Part shown: piece by piece, positions 38,290 to 50,478 of the stretch | How the letters are laid out: each line of letters begins with the position of its first letter | Position numbering within the stretch: position 1 is the first letter of the stretch | Translations under genes and position numbers: made by a program | Notes under the pieces: generated by a model | Told to the model about the DNA's origin: nothing | Databases searched by the model: none | The model's input: only the letters and a program-made list of their open reading frames with translations | Assembly: GCA_051453625.1 (NCBI GenBank) | Contig: JBOZIK010000001.1 | Coordinates: forward strand, 10,546,550-10,599,489 | Direction of reading: 5' to 3' | Source: Welwitschia mirabilis | Lineage: Eukaryota | Length of the DNA: 52,940 nt

Positions 38290-38770
38290 TGAAACACGTG
38301 GGCCTATATCATCCTTGGAGGAATCATTTCCACATAATTGTCTAATTGAATCTCTTAGTGGAGTCCTCTAACACAACACGAAACCGCTTTCTTCATTCAC
38401 TTTTGCCGACACTTTTGCACTTCACGACCAATTTCATTCCTTTATTGTCGCTTTTACACTTTCATCACAGCATTTGCCGTTCGAAGTTCACTTTTTCGGT
38501 TTATAGAAGAAATGTGGACTGACCAACAACTCAAATCTACCCATTCATGAAAGTCGTGGCGAGTTTTGCATGCATGCAAACGAAAGCCGAGGAATTAATT
38601 TTCGGATGAGCTACCACCTTCCTCAAATTAATTATTAAATGAATTAAATAATAAGATTATCGTTTGTGTCCACATGTTTATCCTTCCGCGCACACGCCAT
38701 CACTTCATTTATTTTCGTCAACGAAAACACTCCACTTGCGCGGAATTTGACGTCTTTTAAGCCCTCGTAA
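38290..38770. promoter_or_regulatory. Candidate distal cis-regulatory region of KCS (CpG-retaining; ABRE/G-box, RY and TGACG motifs)
   Basis: ACACGTGG at 38294-38301, the 16-bp palindrome tttgcatgcatgcaaa (RY CATGCATG) at 38565-38580 and TGACGTC at 38748-38754. CpGs are visibly more frequent than in the flanking TE DNA. Confidence 0.35.
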
Positions 38771-40560
38771 TTTAAAAAATAGCTAAATATTGAAAATAGT
38801 TATTTATTTTTTTTTTTTTGAAGAACTGAAAATTTCTCGTCTTATACAGTTAGGGCGTAGAAAACTAAACTTAGAATTTTATACATTTACATGTATAGGT
38901 TAGCTTGGCTTATAAGTTACTTTTATATTTAAACTAATATTAAATTTGAGCTTTTAAGTTTTTTTTAAAAGATTTTTTAAAAATTAAACTTACAATCACA
39001 AAGTTATAAAGGCGATACCTTTTCAAGACAAGTTTTAAGATCTTGGATATGCATTAGAGGTGAGATTGAATATTGGGTAGCCAATTTTTGGTATGGGTCA
39101 TTTATCAGTTTTCGTTTAGTCAAGCAAATTAATAAGTCTTAAAATTATGGTATAATGGTGTATGAATTATTATTATGGGAATAAAGGAAATTACCTTTTT
39201 TCTGTAATTTTTGTCTTTACAATGAATTTGTGGCATCTTTATAAACCATGAAACAAGTGAAATTGAATAAAGTATGCTTCTATAAAAATAGATAAGTATG
39301 TCAAAAGTCATGCAATTATATTGTAAAATAAGATTTTGTTTTTAGCAAGTCATAAGCTTCCCTTTACATCATTCTTTTAAAGTTTGAGTACTTTGGTTGT
39401 TAGTAGGTTTTGGTTCACCAACTTTACTAGGGATTATTGCATACTAGCATATGGATCCTCCTTGGAGCTAGCGTATTGCCTAATTGATTATGATGTGGGC
39501 ATGTAAATCGAGTATGAGCATATTACTTATGCTTTACTTAGGAGAGGACAATTGTTTTGTTGAGATTAATCTCATTTATTTGATATATCTATCACTTCGT
39601 GCAAAAGGGATTTGCAATGCTTCTATGTTTCTTTGGTGCATGAATGCTTAAAAATAGTAAAGTACTGGAAACATAATTATTTTGAGAAAAATGTTACAAT
39701 AACTTACTTTGGAGATACTTATGACATAATGGTGAAAAAAAAGACCTTACAATACCATATAGTATCATTTAAGTTGTAAAGTACTAAAAATTAGTAACTA
39801 TTTTTTTGAGGAAAAACTGATGGTAGCTCATTTTGCTATAAAAGGGGGATGTTGAATACAACACTTTTTAGTGATGTGCCTCTCCAAATACGACAGCTAT
39901 TACGATCACCCAAAGCAATGATTCTATTATTCCCATAGCTTTATACTATGCTTTATAAGGCATCAAACTTCTGAATCCATGTCCTCGTAAATAAAAATGA
40001 TAGGGATGAAGTCCTACCTTGTTGGTTAAGTCATTTGCCTTCCATAATGGAAGTTTATATTCAAAAACGTATATATGGCAAGGAAACCTCTATGCTCCTC
40101 CTAAAGCTAGCTGCCAAGGTTCTTCGTGACTAAACCACACATTCCCCCTTAATAAAAATGATTATTCAAGCACTACTCCATTGGTTAATTTTACTATAGT
40201 AAAAATTACAAAATATAGTTGGACTACCACCATTGACTTATTTTGCCTTATTTATTAATAAATAAAGCATATTTATTATTCCCTTGGCTAAATGGGTTGG
40301 CCGTCAAATCCCAAGTAATGGCGTGGGAAAGCAGAAGCGAGCAGACTAACAAGTAGTTAAGATGGCCAACAACCAGGAAAACAATATGCTCAGAGTAATC
40401 CACAGAAGCGTCTCTGCAGCCCATGCCGACTCCCCTTATAATTCCTCTCTCATCCCGCAACGCTCCCCATCTCTTTCTGCAACAATTTCTTGCTTTCTTT
40501 CTTTCTGTAACTCTCAGAAATTCTGTCTTTTTGCAACACTCATCTTTCTTTGCAACAATA

Positions 40561-42156
40561 ATGGAAGATAGCCGAAACGAGAAATTTGACATCACAATGA
40601 ACACTGTCGCAGCAGTCGGTGGAGGCAGCGGCCGAGAAGAAGATCCGCCGATTGTCATAAAAATAAAGCAAAAACTGCCGGATTTCCTGCAATCGGTGAA
40701 GCTCAAATACGTCAAACAAGGCTACCGCCAACTCCTCAAGCACGGAATGTTCGTCGCTCTGTTACCAGCCCTTCTTCTGCTCGCCGCGGAGCTCGGGCGC
40801 CTTGGAACAGACGACATCAAACGAATGTGGGAACAACTCCACTACAACCTCTTGAGCGTAACGGTCTGTTTCGCCGTTCTCGTTTTCGTCGCGACAGTCT
40901 ACTTCCTGAAACGCCCGCGCCCAGTTTACCTCATCGATTTCGCCTGCTACAAGCCGGACGAAGCTCGCCGCTGCTCGATGCAGCGCTTCTTCCAGTGCAC
41001 GGAAGATACAGGAGTCTTTACAGACGATTCCATTCAATTCCAGAAGCGGATTTCGGAGAAATCCGGTCTGGGAGACGATACTTATCTGCCGGAGGGAGTT
41101 CTCTCGCGTCCGCCGAGCCTGACGATGCAGAAGGCGCGGGAAGAAGCAGAAGCAGTGATGTTCGGTGCGTTGGACGAGCTTTTCGCGAAGACTGGAATCC
41201 GCCCGAAGGACGTCGAAATTCTCATCGTAAATTGCAGCCTCTTCTGCCCGACTCCGAGCCTTTCTGCAATGATCGTAAACCATTACAAAATGCGCAGCGA
41301 TATTCGCAGCTTTAATCTGGGCGGAATGGGTTGTTCCGCGGGAATGATCTCCGTATCCCTTGCCAAAGACCTTCTCCAGGCGATTCCCAACGCCTACGCA
41401 GTAATTGTGAGCTTCGAAAACATTACCCTGAACTGGTACTTCGGAAACGAGAAATCCATGCTGCTCTGCAACTGTATTTTCCGCATGGGCGGTGCCGCAG
41501 TTCTTCTCTCGAACCGCCCGCGGGACCGGCGTCGTGCCAAGTACGAACTGGTGCACACTGTGCGCACACACAAAGGGTCCGACGACAACTCCTTCGGGTG
41601 CGTTTGGCAGCGTGAGGATGAAACTGGTTCCCTTGGAGTTTCTCTCTCCCGCGACCTTATGGCCGTCGCCGGAGACGCTCTGAAAACCAATATCACAACT
41701 CTGGGTCCTTTGGTTCTTCCCCTGACCGAACAGATCCTGTTTCTTGGCACGCTGATAGCGCGGAAGCTTCTGCAGATGAAGAAAGTGAAACCTTATATTC
41801 CAAACTTCAAATTGGCGTTCGAACACTTCTGTATTCACGCGGGCGGGCGCGCAGTGCTGGATGCGCTGCAGAAGAACTTGGATCTAAGCGATTGGCATAT
41901 GGAACCGTCCCGGATGACTCTGCATCGCTGGGGAAATACTTCCTCGAGTTCGCTCTGGTACGAATTGGCTTATACTGAGGCGAAGGGGCGCGTCCGTCGC
42001 GGAGATCGTCTCTGGCAGATTGCGTTTGGGTCCGGATTTAAGTGCAATTCTGCGGTATGGCGCGCCCTTCGACATGTTCCTCCGAAGTCACAGATGAATC
42101 CCTGGTTTGACTGTATTGAACGTTACCCTGTGAAAGTGCCCGTCGGTGTAGACTGA
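40561..42156 (+). CDS. KCS: 3-ketoacyl-CoA synthase (FAE1/KCS-family very-long-chain fatty acid elongase condensing enzyme), intronless, 531 aa from ATG 40561
   Basis: It has [17 protein letters not shown], two N-terminal hydrophobic helices, [15 protein letters not shown], catalytic Cys in GGMGCSAG (41332), His in [10 protein letters not shown] (41836), Asn in GNTSSSS (41935) and [16 protein letters not shown]. The ORF is open from ATG 40423, but ATG 40561 has a strong aataATGG context after a CT-rich leader-like tract. Confidence 0.97.
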   Translation: MEDSRNEKFDITMNTVAAVGGGSGREEDPPIVIKIKQKLPDFLQSVKLKYVKQGYRQLLKHGMFVALLPALLLLAAELGRLGTDDIKRMWEQLHYNLLSVTVCFAVLVFVATVYFLKRPRPVYLIDFACYKPDEARRCSMQRFFQCTEDTGVFTDDSIQFQKRISEKSGLGDDTYLPEGVLSRPPSLTMQKAREEAEAVMFGALDELFAKTGIRPKDVEILIVNCSLFCPTPSLSAMIVNHYKMRSDIRSFNLGGMGCSAGMISVSLAKDLLQAIPNAYAVIVSFENITLNWYFGNEKSMLLCNCIFRMGGAAVLLSNRPRDRRRAKYELVHTVRTHKGSDDNSFGCVWQREDETGSLGVSLSRDLMAVAGDALKTNITTLGPLVLPLTEQILFLGTLIARKLLQMKKVKPYIPNFKLAFEHFCIHAGGRAVLDALQKNLDLSDWHMEPSRMTLHRWGNTSSSSLWYELAYTEAKGRVRRGDRLWQIAFGSGFKCNSAVWRALRHVPPKSQMNPWFDCIERYPVKVPVGVD

Positions 42157-42961
42157 GGGTTTTGTGCCGAAGCAAGAAACTCCGGCTGGTTCCTTTGCGT
42201 TTGTAATTGGAGATGGAATTGGTAGAAGGGAAAAGGATTTCGACCTGGGCAAGCATTGGTTGTAAGTACAGAGCAGTCCGGCGACGGCAACACAGTACCG
42301 GAGCCGAGGAATCGTTTCAGAAAGTCTGGAAGGACTGCAATTGTTCATGTACTAGGATGATAATGATTTTATTCTGGTGTCTTTTTTATTTTTATGTTTT
42401 ATGTTGTTTGACCGTTGACTCATCGGTCAAGCGGTCTCATGAGTGTCACAATTATCATTTTTTTAAATTAAAAGAAAAGGGAATATCTTGTGTGTGTGTT
42501 TTGGAACATAACGAAACCATTCTTATTTGTTTGTTGATTTAATTTATCATTTACTTTTAAATGAAGTTTGCATATGTATACAAGATGTTTTTATCAATAA
42601 GGTGGCAGTTCATTTGTAAAATACTCTTTTAATGTTTAAGAGTTTGTGGATTGGAACCATGAATTTCTTTCCTGACATATTATAAAGTTTTGGGTGTAGA
42701 TAAATTAATTGTGTGGGTGTTTGTATGTATATTTAAGGTATTTTTGCCAATTGGCAATTGTGATGTTTGTGTTTGCAAGGGGAGGTATGGTCACCAAAAA
42801 GTTGTGAATTCAACATCTCACATGTATACAGTATTTTCTTCTTATGTTATTGTGCAATTTATTTTATTTATAATTATTTTTAAAACACTTTTTTGTTCAT
42901 CCTTGTTTTTTCAAGAAGTTACCACATTAAGAACGATTTTGTTGTTGCTTAGATCTTTGGA

Positions 42962-43230
42962 TTTTTTTGGTCAATGAAATCTAATGAGTGGTTTGTGTGT
43001 CACATGTTGCAATACCTGTTGTTGAGAGGTAGTTAAATAGTTATTCAATAAGTGGGACTTATTAAATAAATGAGACATTTATGAGTCAACACGTTTTTTT
43101 TTTGGTCAAATGAAATCTAATGAGTGGACTGTGTGTTACATGTTGCAATGCTTGTTGTTAAGAGGCAGGTAAATAGTTACTCAATAATTGGGACCTATTA
43201 AATAAATGAGACACTTGTTATGAGTTAAAT
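42962..43230. repeat. ~135-bp tandem duplication, 2 copies
   Basis: ttttttggtcaa(a)tgaaatctaatgagtgg...acatgttgcaat...taaatagtta...tattaaataaatgagaca occurs at ~42962 and ~43097. Confidence 0.85.
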
Positions 43231-43797
43231 AGGTTAACATGAATATTTATGTATTAACAATGACTTTTTAGTTGAGTTAGGATTTGTAATTGTTTGTTTA
43301 AGGGGTGTAATCCTTGCAAAAAAGGAATGATTGCAACTCACAATTCTTGATCAATATCAAAAGGATGATCTTGTTGGGCATAGGAGAGAACATATTGGTT
43401 ACAATCCTTGTCAAGCTTAAGTTGGCTACTTGGAGGTTTTAGAGAGAAGACCTTAAAGGCAGATCTTCTTAGCTAATCCATGAAGCCAAAACACCCTCTT
43501 TGACATTGGCAGAGTAACATTTTTTGAATCAATATAGATTTTTTTCCCTATAGTCTTCTATGTCTCTTAATTATTTTTGCACTTAAATTTTCTTTTTATG
43601 CATTTTCACTAAATAAGCACATGTATGTTCTGATCTTAAAATATTAAGAAGTCAGAACACCACAATTGGTAGCAAAGTAAATGACCTACAAGTCCATAAG
43701 GGAAAAATAACGAATAAAATAAACACAAATGTCGACAAACCTCAAATTTACAATAAAATAAGGAGTTCAAAATGGAACTGTTTGTACACTTAAAGCG

Positions 43798-43899
43798 ATA
43801 CTAATATAAGCCTTGATAAAGACTTTGGAGTGACACTTGAAATAGAGTCATACTAATATGAACCTTGATAAAGACTTTGAAGTGACACTTGAAATCGAG
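43798..43899 (+). repeat. 52-bp tandem duplication
   Basis: atactaatat..ccttgataaagacttt..agtgacacttgaaat.gagt starts at 43798 and 43850. Confidence 0.9.
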
Positions 43900-44570
43900 T
43901 TAGTAGAAGGTCTAAACATCAATATAAGACACTAGTATTCTATTTCAAAGTTAGCAGAAGGCTCAAAAACCAATATAGGAGGCTATTGTTCTATTCCAGA
44001 GTTAAGAAAAGGTTGAGAAATTAACGCTGACACTAGTGCTCTATTCTAGAGTCAACATAAGGCCTAGAAATCAATACAGGGTACTAGTGTTTTATTCTAG
44101 ATTTAGCATAAGATTTAAAAATTAATACAGGGAACTAGTATTCTATTCTAAAGGTAAAGGTCCAAAAATCAATATAGGACATTAGTGTTCTATCCTAGAG
44201 TCAACCAAGAATTTAAAAATTAATATAATATGTTAGTGTTTTATTCTAAAACCAATAAATATTTTAGAAATCAATGCAAGACACTTGTTTTTAATTTAGA
44301 GTTAAAAGAAGGTTTAGAAATCAATAGCTTATGCTAGTGTTTTATTATGCAAATGACAGAAGATTCAAACATCAATATAAGATGTCAGTGTTTTATTCAA
44401 GTGTTAGAAAAGCTTCCAAAAATCAATATAGAAGACCATTGTTCTATTTTAGAGTTAGCAAAAGGTCAAAAAATCAATATGGAACACCCGTATTCTTTTC
44501 CAAAATAAGCACGAAATCTCGAAATTAATAGTTAATGTTAGTGTTCTATTCTAGAATTAATAGAACGCCC
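43897..44570 (+). repeat. Tandem array A, ~13 x ~51 bp
   Basis: Approximate consensus gagttagcagaaggtctaaaaatcaatataggacactagtgttctattcta. The atcaata motif recurs about every 51 bp from 43918 to 44524, with one shortened unit. Confidence 0.9.
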
Positions 44571-44574
44571 AAAC

Positions 44575-45215
44575 CTTATAACAAGATGTCAATGTTCTAA
44601 CTAGGACTAATTTGTTACCTTTGGAATTACTATAAGGCGTCATTGTTCTATCTAAGATTGATCTATCTATAAAGTTACTATAGAAAGTCAATGTTATTTT
44701 TGGGGTTGATTAATTACTGATGGAGTTACTACAGAGTGTAAGTCTTCTACCTAGGATTAATCTATTACTTATAGAGTTTGGCATTAGCATACTATCTTAA
44801 CTAATCTATTTTCTATAGGGTTGCCATAGGGCATTAGCATTCTGTCTAAGACTAATTTGTTACTCATAAAGTTAATATAGGGCACTAGTATTTCGTTTAA
44901 GACTAATGTATTACCTATGGAGTTACTATATAATGATAGTATTCTATCTATGTCTAATCTATTACTTATAGAATTACCATAGATCATTAGTATTCTAATT
45001 ATAACTTATCTATTGCCTATAGAATTACTAGAGGATGTTAGTGTCCTGTCCAGGACTAATTAATTGCCTATATAGTTATTATGGACTGCCAATATTCCTA
45101 CTACAACTTACCTATTACCTATGAAGTCATTGTAAAATAGAAGCATTTTATCTATAAGTAATCTGTTACCCATGGAGTTACTATAAGATATTAGAATTCT
45201 GTTCATAATCTATTT
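44575..45215 (+). repeat. Tandem array B, ~12-13 x ~50-51 bp
   Basis: Approximate consensus ctaggactaatctattacctatagagttactataggacattagtattctat. Unit starts include 44601, 44652, 44948, 44999, 45050, 45101 and 45152. Confidence 0.88.
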
Positions 45216-46678
45216 TAACTATAAGAAGAGGTTCTATGTAATGCTTAAATGCATCCTAATCAAAAGTTAATATTTATTAGATAATTTTTGGGAAAGATAA
45301 AAATTATCAATGTTTAAGTTGTTAACTTTTTGGTTAATTTTTATTAATAAAGTATTTTTTTACACTCATAGTTTATGGTTTTGAGAAATTTAATAAGTTC
45401 TAACCACTAAATAGTTCTTAATTAATTTTCTCATTATAAATAGAAGGTAAGATACCTCCTAATGGAAATATCACCTCAACACCATAAGCATTGAAATATC
45501 ACGAAAAATTTTATGAATAACCACATCCGTGCTTTTGAATAAAGAATTGAGAAATTTAATCACCAAAAGTAAGCTACTTATGTGAATGTTGAGGCCTTTC
45601 AATAGCAAATAAATGATAAGCTAGACTTCATCATGCAAGTCTTAGAATAAAGTCCATGGAAGGAACTTGTCCAATACTTTTAAGTATAAATTTAGGAATC
45701 CTTATAAGTTTATAATGGAAGGATTTAAACCTTGAATTACAATTGTCGTAGGCCTCAACTAGACCTCATATCCTAGCAAAAATCCAAAGGTTAATTAGGA
45801 AATTTAAGGATCAAATTCACAACTCACATGAAGAAGAATGAATATTATCAAATGAAGAAGAATACTTTTAAAAATATATTAAAAAAGCTCAAATTAACAT
45901 GTATGTAATAGCTCTTGGATCTTGTGAAGAGGTACTAGGATGGATGTAATACATTAAAATTTTTTATTGAAAAATATTGAAAATATAAATTGCAGTTAAT
46001 ATGTAGCCATTTTTTTAATAGGAGCTGCATCAACTTGGTGGAGTTATTTATTCATAAGGATGAATGATTACGTCATGTGGGACAAGTTCATCGGATAATT
46101 TTAAAAGGCGTTTATCCTTGTGTACTTTATCAAGGATAAGCAAACATAATTTAAGCATCTCTTATTAGGAGAAAGAATCCTAGATGAGCATTGGGAAAAA
46201 TTCTTAAAATTGGCCAAATATCAACACTAAAAGAACTTAGACATATTGGCCAATAACTTCATAGGAATCCTGCTATTGAGGTTGAGAAATCTAATTTATC
46301 CACTTAAACTCAAATATTCATAATAAACCTACAAAAAAATAAATTACTATGTGGATGAAAAATAATAAATATTATTGAGTGCTTAATTTATAAAACTCTA
46401 CACCCATGAAGAAGTAACCATTTGAGGACGAAGAATATTCCTAAAAGGGAAATTTTGTTACATGCTATAAAACCTATTATTAAGAGCTGACAAAATAGTT
46501 AATTGATAACTCAAAAATAGATGTACCTTTTTACTCTATTCTTATCAAAATTAATGAAGGAAATAATAACTGTTAAGTCATATGTTATGCTATTATTGTA
46601 ATATATTATATGGTTATTATTACTAACTTTGTATTGCAAGATAGCTAGGTGGAGCCATGCTATATAGAGGGAAATAGT

Positions 46679-49600
46679 TGTAACAACTAGATAGGTTGCG
46701 CAAAAAGGGAGTAAGAAACTAACTATAAGTATATTACATATATAAATATGCACCAAGGAGGAGACAATGGGATATTTTTAGAGACTTGAAGAGGAGATGA
46801 AAAGCATGTCTAGGGTAAAGAGATCATGTTGGGAGAATTGTAAAGTAACTTTCTAGCTACTGTACCTATTGTGGAAACATAGCAAGTGGTTAATTACTGT
46901 ATTTTCTTGATTGTAATGCAAGCTGTGTTAGTCTGAAAAGGATCTTGTGTTGCTAAGTGTATAATTTGGAAACATTGCATGCTATTATTTTCTTGCTCTT
47001 AATATTGATCTTATTTAGAGTTAATATTAAGATAGCATATCAGTTAGTAATAACTAGTGCAAAATCTAGCTATATTTTATTTTTTCTATTTACTTTCATT
47101 TCCCCGCATCCTGTAAATTGTTGTTCATAATTAGAGTAATTATTAGAATGTCCTTTTATCAAGAATAATCATTTTTGACAAAGTATGTATTCTGATGAAA
47201 TAAAAAGAGTCTTTATTTGAGTCAAAAATATAAAAGTAAACTCCATATAAAAATTAGTAATGATTAAAATATCTATGCGTGTGGTAATTTAGTTTTCATG
47301 TTTTTCCAATATCTTGGTAATATATCATTTATTTTAGTATTTTATCAAAATGACTCAGCCATTTTATAGCATTTTTAGTTAAATTGTAGGCTTGTCCTTT
47401 ATGTACTAAAAGGAGAATACTTCTACTATTTTATTTGAAATAATGAAGTGCTTTTTAGGAAGAGATAACCAAGGACGATGGAGGGATGAAAAGGGATGAC
47501 ATGTCCAGAACCCTGAAAAATATAAATTGGATGAAACAACTAGTGATATAGTAAGAACTGTGATTGATCCCTATGACTTCATGGAGGATATGAAAACACT
47601 TAAAAGAAGTCAAGAAGAGTTACAACATAGAATAGACCTATTAATACAATTTCAAATGGGAAGAAAAAGCCACAAAAAGAAAGAGGGTTATATTGGGATG
47701 AAGAAGAGGCAGTTGACTCTACTCCTTTGTTTCTTGACTATTATACATCTCACACACCTACCCTATAGATCCTATAGTCTTAGAAGCTCCTAACAAGATA
47801 AGAAATATAAACATTACTAATATTCCCACTTTTAAATGTAGAAAAAATGTACCTATGCTTCATTTAAGTCTATTTGACTATTTTTGCAAGGCTGGCTCCT
47901 TAGAAACCAACTCATATTTTTTAAGATATTTTTCTTTTTCCTTAAAGGGAGATGCTCACTTGTGGTTTTATATGTGCCCAAATTATACTTTTAAAACCTA
48001 GAACTTGTAAGATCAGCATTTTTAAGCAAATGTCAACCTATAAGGGTCATTAAAGATTTAAGAGATCGAATTTTGAATATTAAACATAAAGAACATGATA
48101 AATTTATTGAATTCATGGATAGATACTAGGTTCTACTAGCAAGATGCCCTAACCATGGGATAACTCTTAGAGAAAGAATGAGAGCTTTATTAAGATGTCT
48201 ATGGAGTGATTCTTTAGAGAAGGTAGTAATACTCCACGGGGAAAGCATCAGGAATGGAAACTCGCAAGAGATAAAAACCAGTATAGATAAATTACACAGA
48301 ATGAGTTAGTGGTGGACTCAAAATGAAGAAAAAGGAAAGAGAAAGGTCAATGAAGTTCTGGTAAAGAAAGAAATATAAACCAAGCATGCAAGCATGCTAG
48401 AGAAAACTAATAAAAGAATATAAGCTCTAATAAATGAGATTAATAGATTAAAATAAAAAGAGGAATTAGAAACCTATGAATATTGTAATGAGGAGAATCA
48501 TTATCATATAAGATATCTATAGATGGCAGGTTTTATGGAATGGTACAATACTCCCTAAATTAAGAGGAAGGCTTATCTTAATCAAACTAGAAAATGAAAA
48601 AATAAGAAAGAAACTCCAATACAGGGATTTGTGTAGTTTAAGAGATATGATTATTTTAGGAACTAGACAAATCGAGAAGGAGGATCTAATCACAATAAAT
48701 AGCTAAATAAAGGGAAAAAAACTTAAAGAATTTTTTATACATACACAAGCCCAACCAAATCTAAGAGAGGCTAGTTGTAAAGCTATTAGAACTAGGTCAT
48801 GTGAAAGCCATCATTCACCTCCTAGAAAATAAAATGAAACTAGGAAAAATGAGAGAGTGGTTGAAAATAGCTCAACAAAAGGAGGAATGGATGACCCTTT
48901 ACCATTTTAAATGAGGACTATGGTAACAAGGAATTTTTCAAAGAAAGAAGAAAAGTATGTAGAATACCGTATCAGAGCTCTAGAAGACACTTCAATTACC
49001 TTATCCTTAGTGAAAATGTTGAAATACATCCCCTTGTACTAGAAGCAAATGAAGAAGTTTTGTAGTAAATAGGGGAGTAAGAAAAGAAAGAGAAATCTAA
49101 TCATGAACAATTAGTAAAGGAATCAAGTAAAAGAGTTTAGGTATCTTGCACCTCTACTCAAGCTCTTCAAGGAAATTAAATTGAGAAGTATAGTGATCCT
49201 GAAATATCGGTAGTAGATATAGTTGTTGAAGGTGCCTGTAAAATAGAAGCTTTGATGGATTTATAGGCCAGTAATAATCTCATTTCCTATGAGACATTTA
49301 GGCAACTTGAAAGTCCACATTAGCTTCATATAATGGACAAGTTTACATGGTAGATGGTTCTACAATAAAGCTAGAGGGGATAATGGAGAATACATCAATA
49401 AAACTACAAGGATTTGGATACTTGATGGATGTAGTTATCATCAAGATGAAAAGAAATACTCAACCTATTATCTTAGGGAGATCTTAGATAACAACAACCA
49501 ATGTAACTATTTATTCTAGGGATGAAAAAATGGAGATTAGTTTAAGAGATCTTCTGTAAAAATAAAAATTTCTAACAAGGAAAAAATTGAACACTCCTCT

Positions 49601-50275
49601 TCTAACGGGGGGGATATTGCTAACATGATTCTTATTAAAGAAGCTCAACAAATAGAAGAACAAGAAGTTGAAAGAAGATACTACCCCTTCACTATTGAAC
49701 CAGCAGGAAAGGAAGACAAACTTGAAAAACCTCATCTTGAGGAAAGTTTAGAATATATTGAAATTTAGAAAAATCAACCTATAATTAGTAACAGGAATTT
49801 GACTCATTCTCAGAAAAGAAAATTAAAAGGATGTTGGCTAAACAAACTAATGCTTTCACTTAGACTCATGAGAATATTACCAAAACAGACCTATAATATA
49901 TCAACATAACATTTATTTAGATACCACAATAAAACTTGTTAGGTAATAAAAAAGGAGATTTAATACTCATATGTAAGATGTAATTAAGAAGGAAATTTTA
50001 AGGCTATTAAAAGTAGAATTCATTTATCCTATTTGTGATTCATAAGGGGTAAGTCCTATGATAGGAGTTAGATTTTAGACTACTGAATGCTACTACTTAT
50101 AAAGATCATTTTTCTCTAAGTTTTGTGGATTAAGTTTTAGAAAGAATTTCTAGTCATAAATGCTACAGTTTCTTGGATGAATATAGTGGATATAACCAAA
50201 TTCCTGTAGTTCTTGAAGACCAAGAAAAAACAACTTTTACTTACAAATGGGGTACATATGCTTTTAAGGTTTTAC
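46679..50275 (+). mobile_element. Non-chromovirus (Athila/Tat-like) Ty3/gypsy: putative LTR, gag, protease and RT start; cut by an assembly gap
   Basis: Gag: IPTFK...H...F...LRYFSFSLKGDAHLWF (47820-48000) and CPNHG. Protease: IEALMD...DGS...PIILGRS (49240-49520). RT: DHFSL...FLDEYSGYNQIPVVLEDQEKTTFTYKWGTYAF (50100-50275). The putative LTR tgtaac...ttca at 46679-47127 is weakly supported. Confidence 0.75.
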
Positions 50276-50375
50276 NNNNNNNNNNNNNNNNNNNNNNNNN
50301 NNNNNNNNNNNNNNNNNNNNNNNNNNNNNNNNNNNNNNNNNNNNNNNNNNNNNNNNNNNNNNNNNNNNNNNNNNN

Positions 50376-50413
50376 GTGTGTGTGTGTGTGTGTGTGTGTG
50401 GGTGTGTGTGTGG

Positions 50414-50475
<62 letters not shown>
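50376..50475. repeat. (GT)n microsatellite next to a gap
   Basis: About 100 bp of gt repeats with a few interruptions. Confidence 0.95.

Positions 50476-50478
<3 letters not shown>

Larger units (their letters stand above)
43306..46600 (+). mobile_element. Second copy of the non-autonomous LTR family (LTR-PBS-arrays-gag-integrase tail); no matching 3' LTR seen, right end approximate
   Basis: The LTR at 43306-43664 (tgtaa...caca) shares agaccttaaaggca (43448-43461 vs 14604-14617) with the nested element's LTR. The PBS tggtagcaaagt is at 43667-43678. Gag KYIKKAQINMYVIALGSCEEVLGWM and GAASTWW...WDKF are homologous to 16740-16830. Confidence 0.75.

Noticed and set aside
40762-41838. 358-aa antisense ORF and other overlapping ORFs on KCS
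   Set aside because: These are shadow ORFs expected from GC-rich coding sequence, with no recognisable motifs.
43897-45215. Regularly spaced arrays resembling CRISPR repeat-spacer structure (also 15616-16163)
   Set aside because: The variable halves are degenerate copies of each other, not unique spacers. There are no cas genes and the context is a eukaryotic retrotransposon.
47128-47140. Possible PBS (taattagagt) after the putative LTR 46679-47127
   Set aside because: It is too degenerate relative to TGGTATCAGAGC to call, and the adjoining pol type would not necessarily use this primer.
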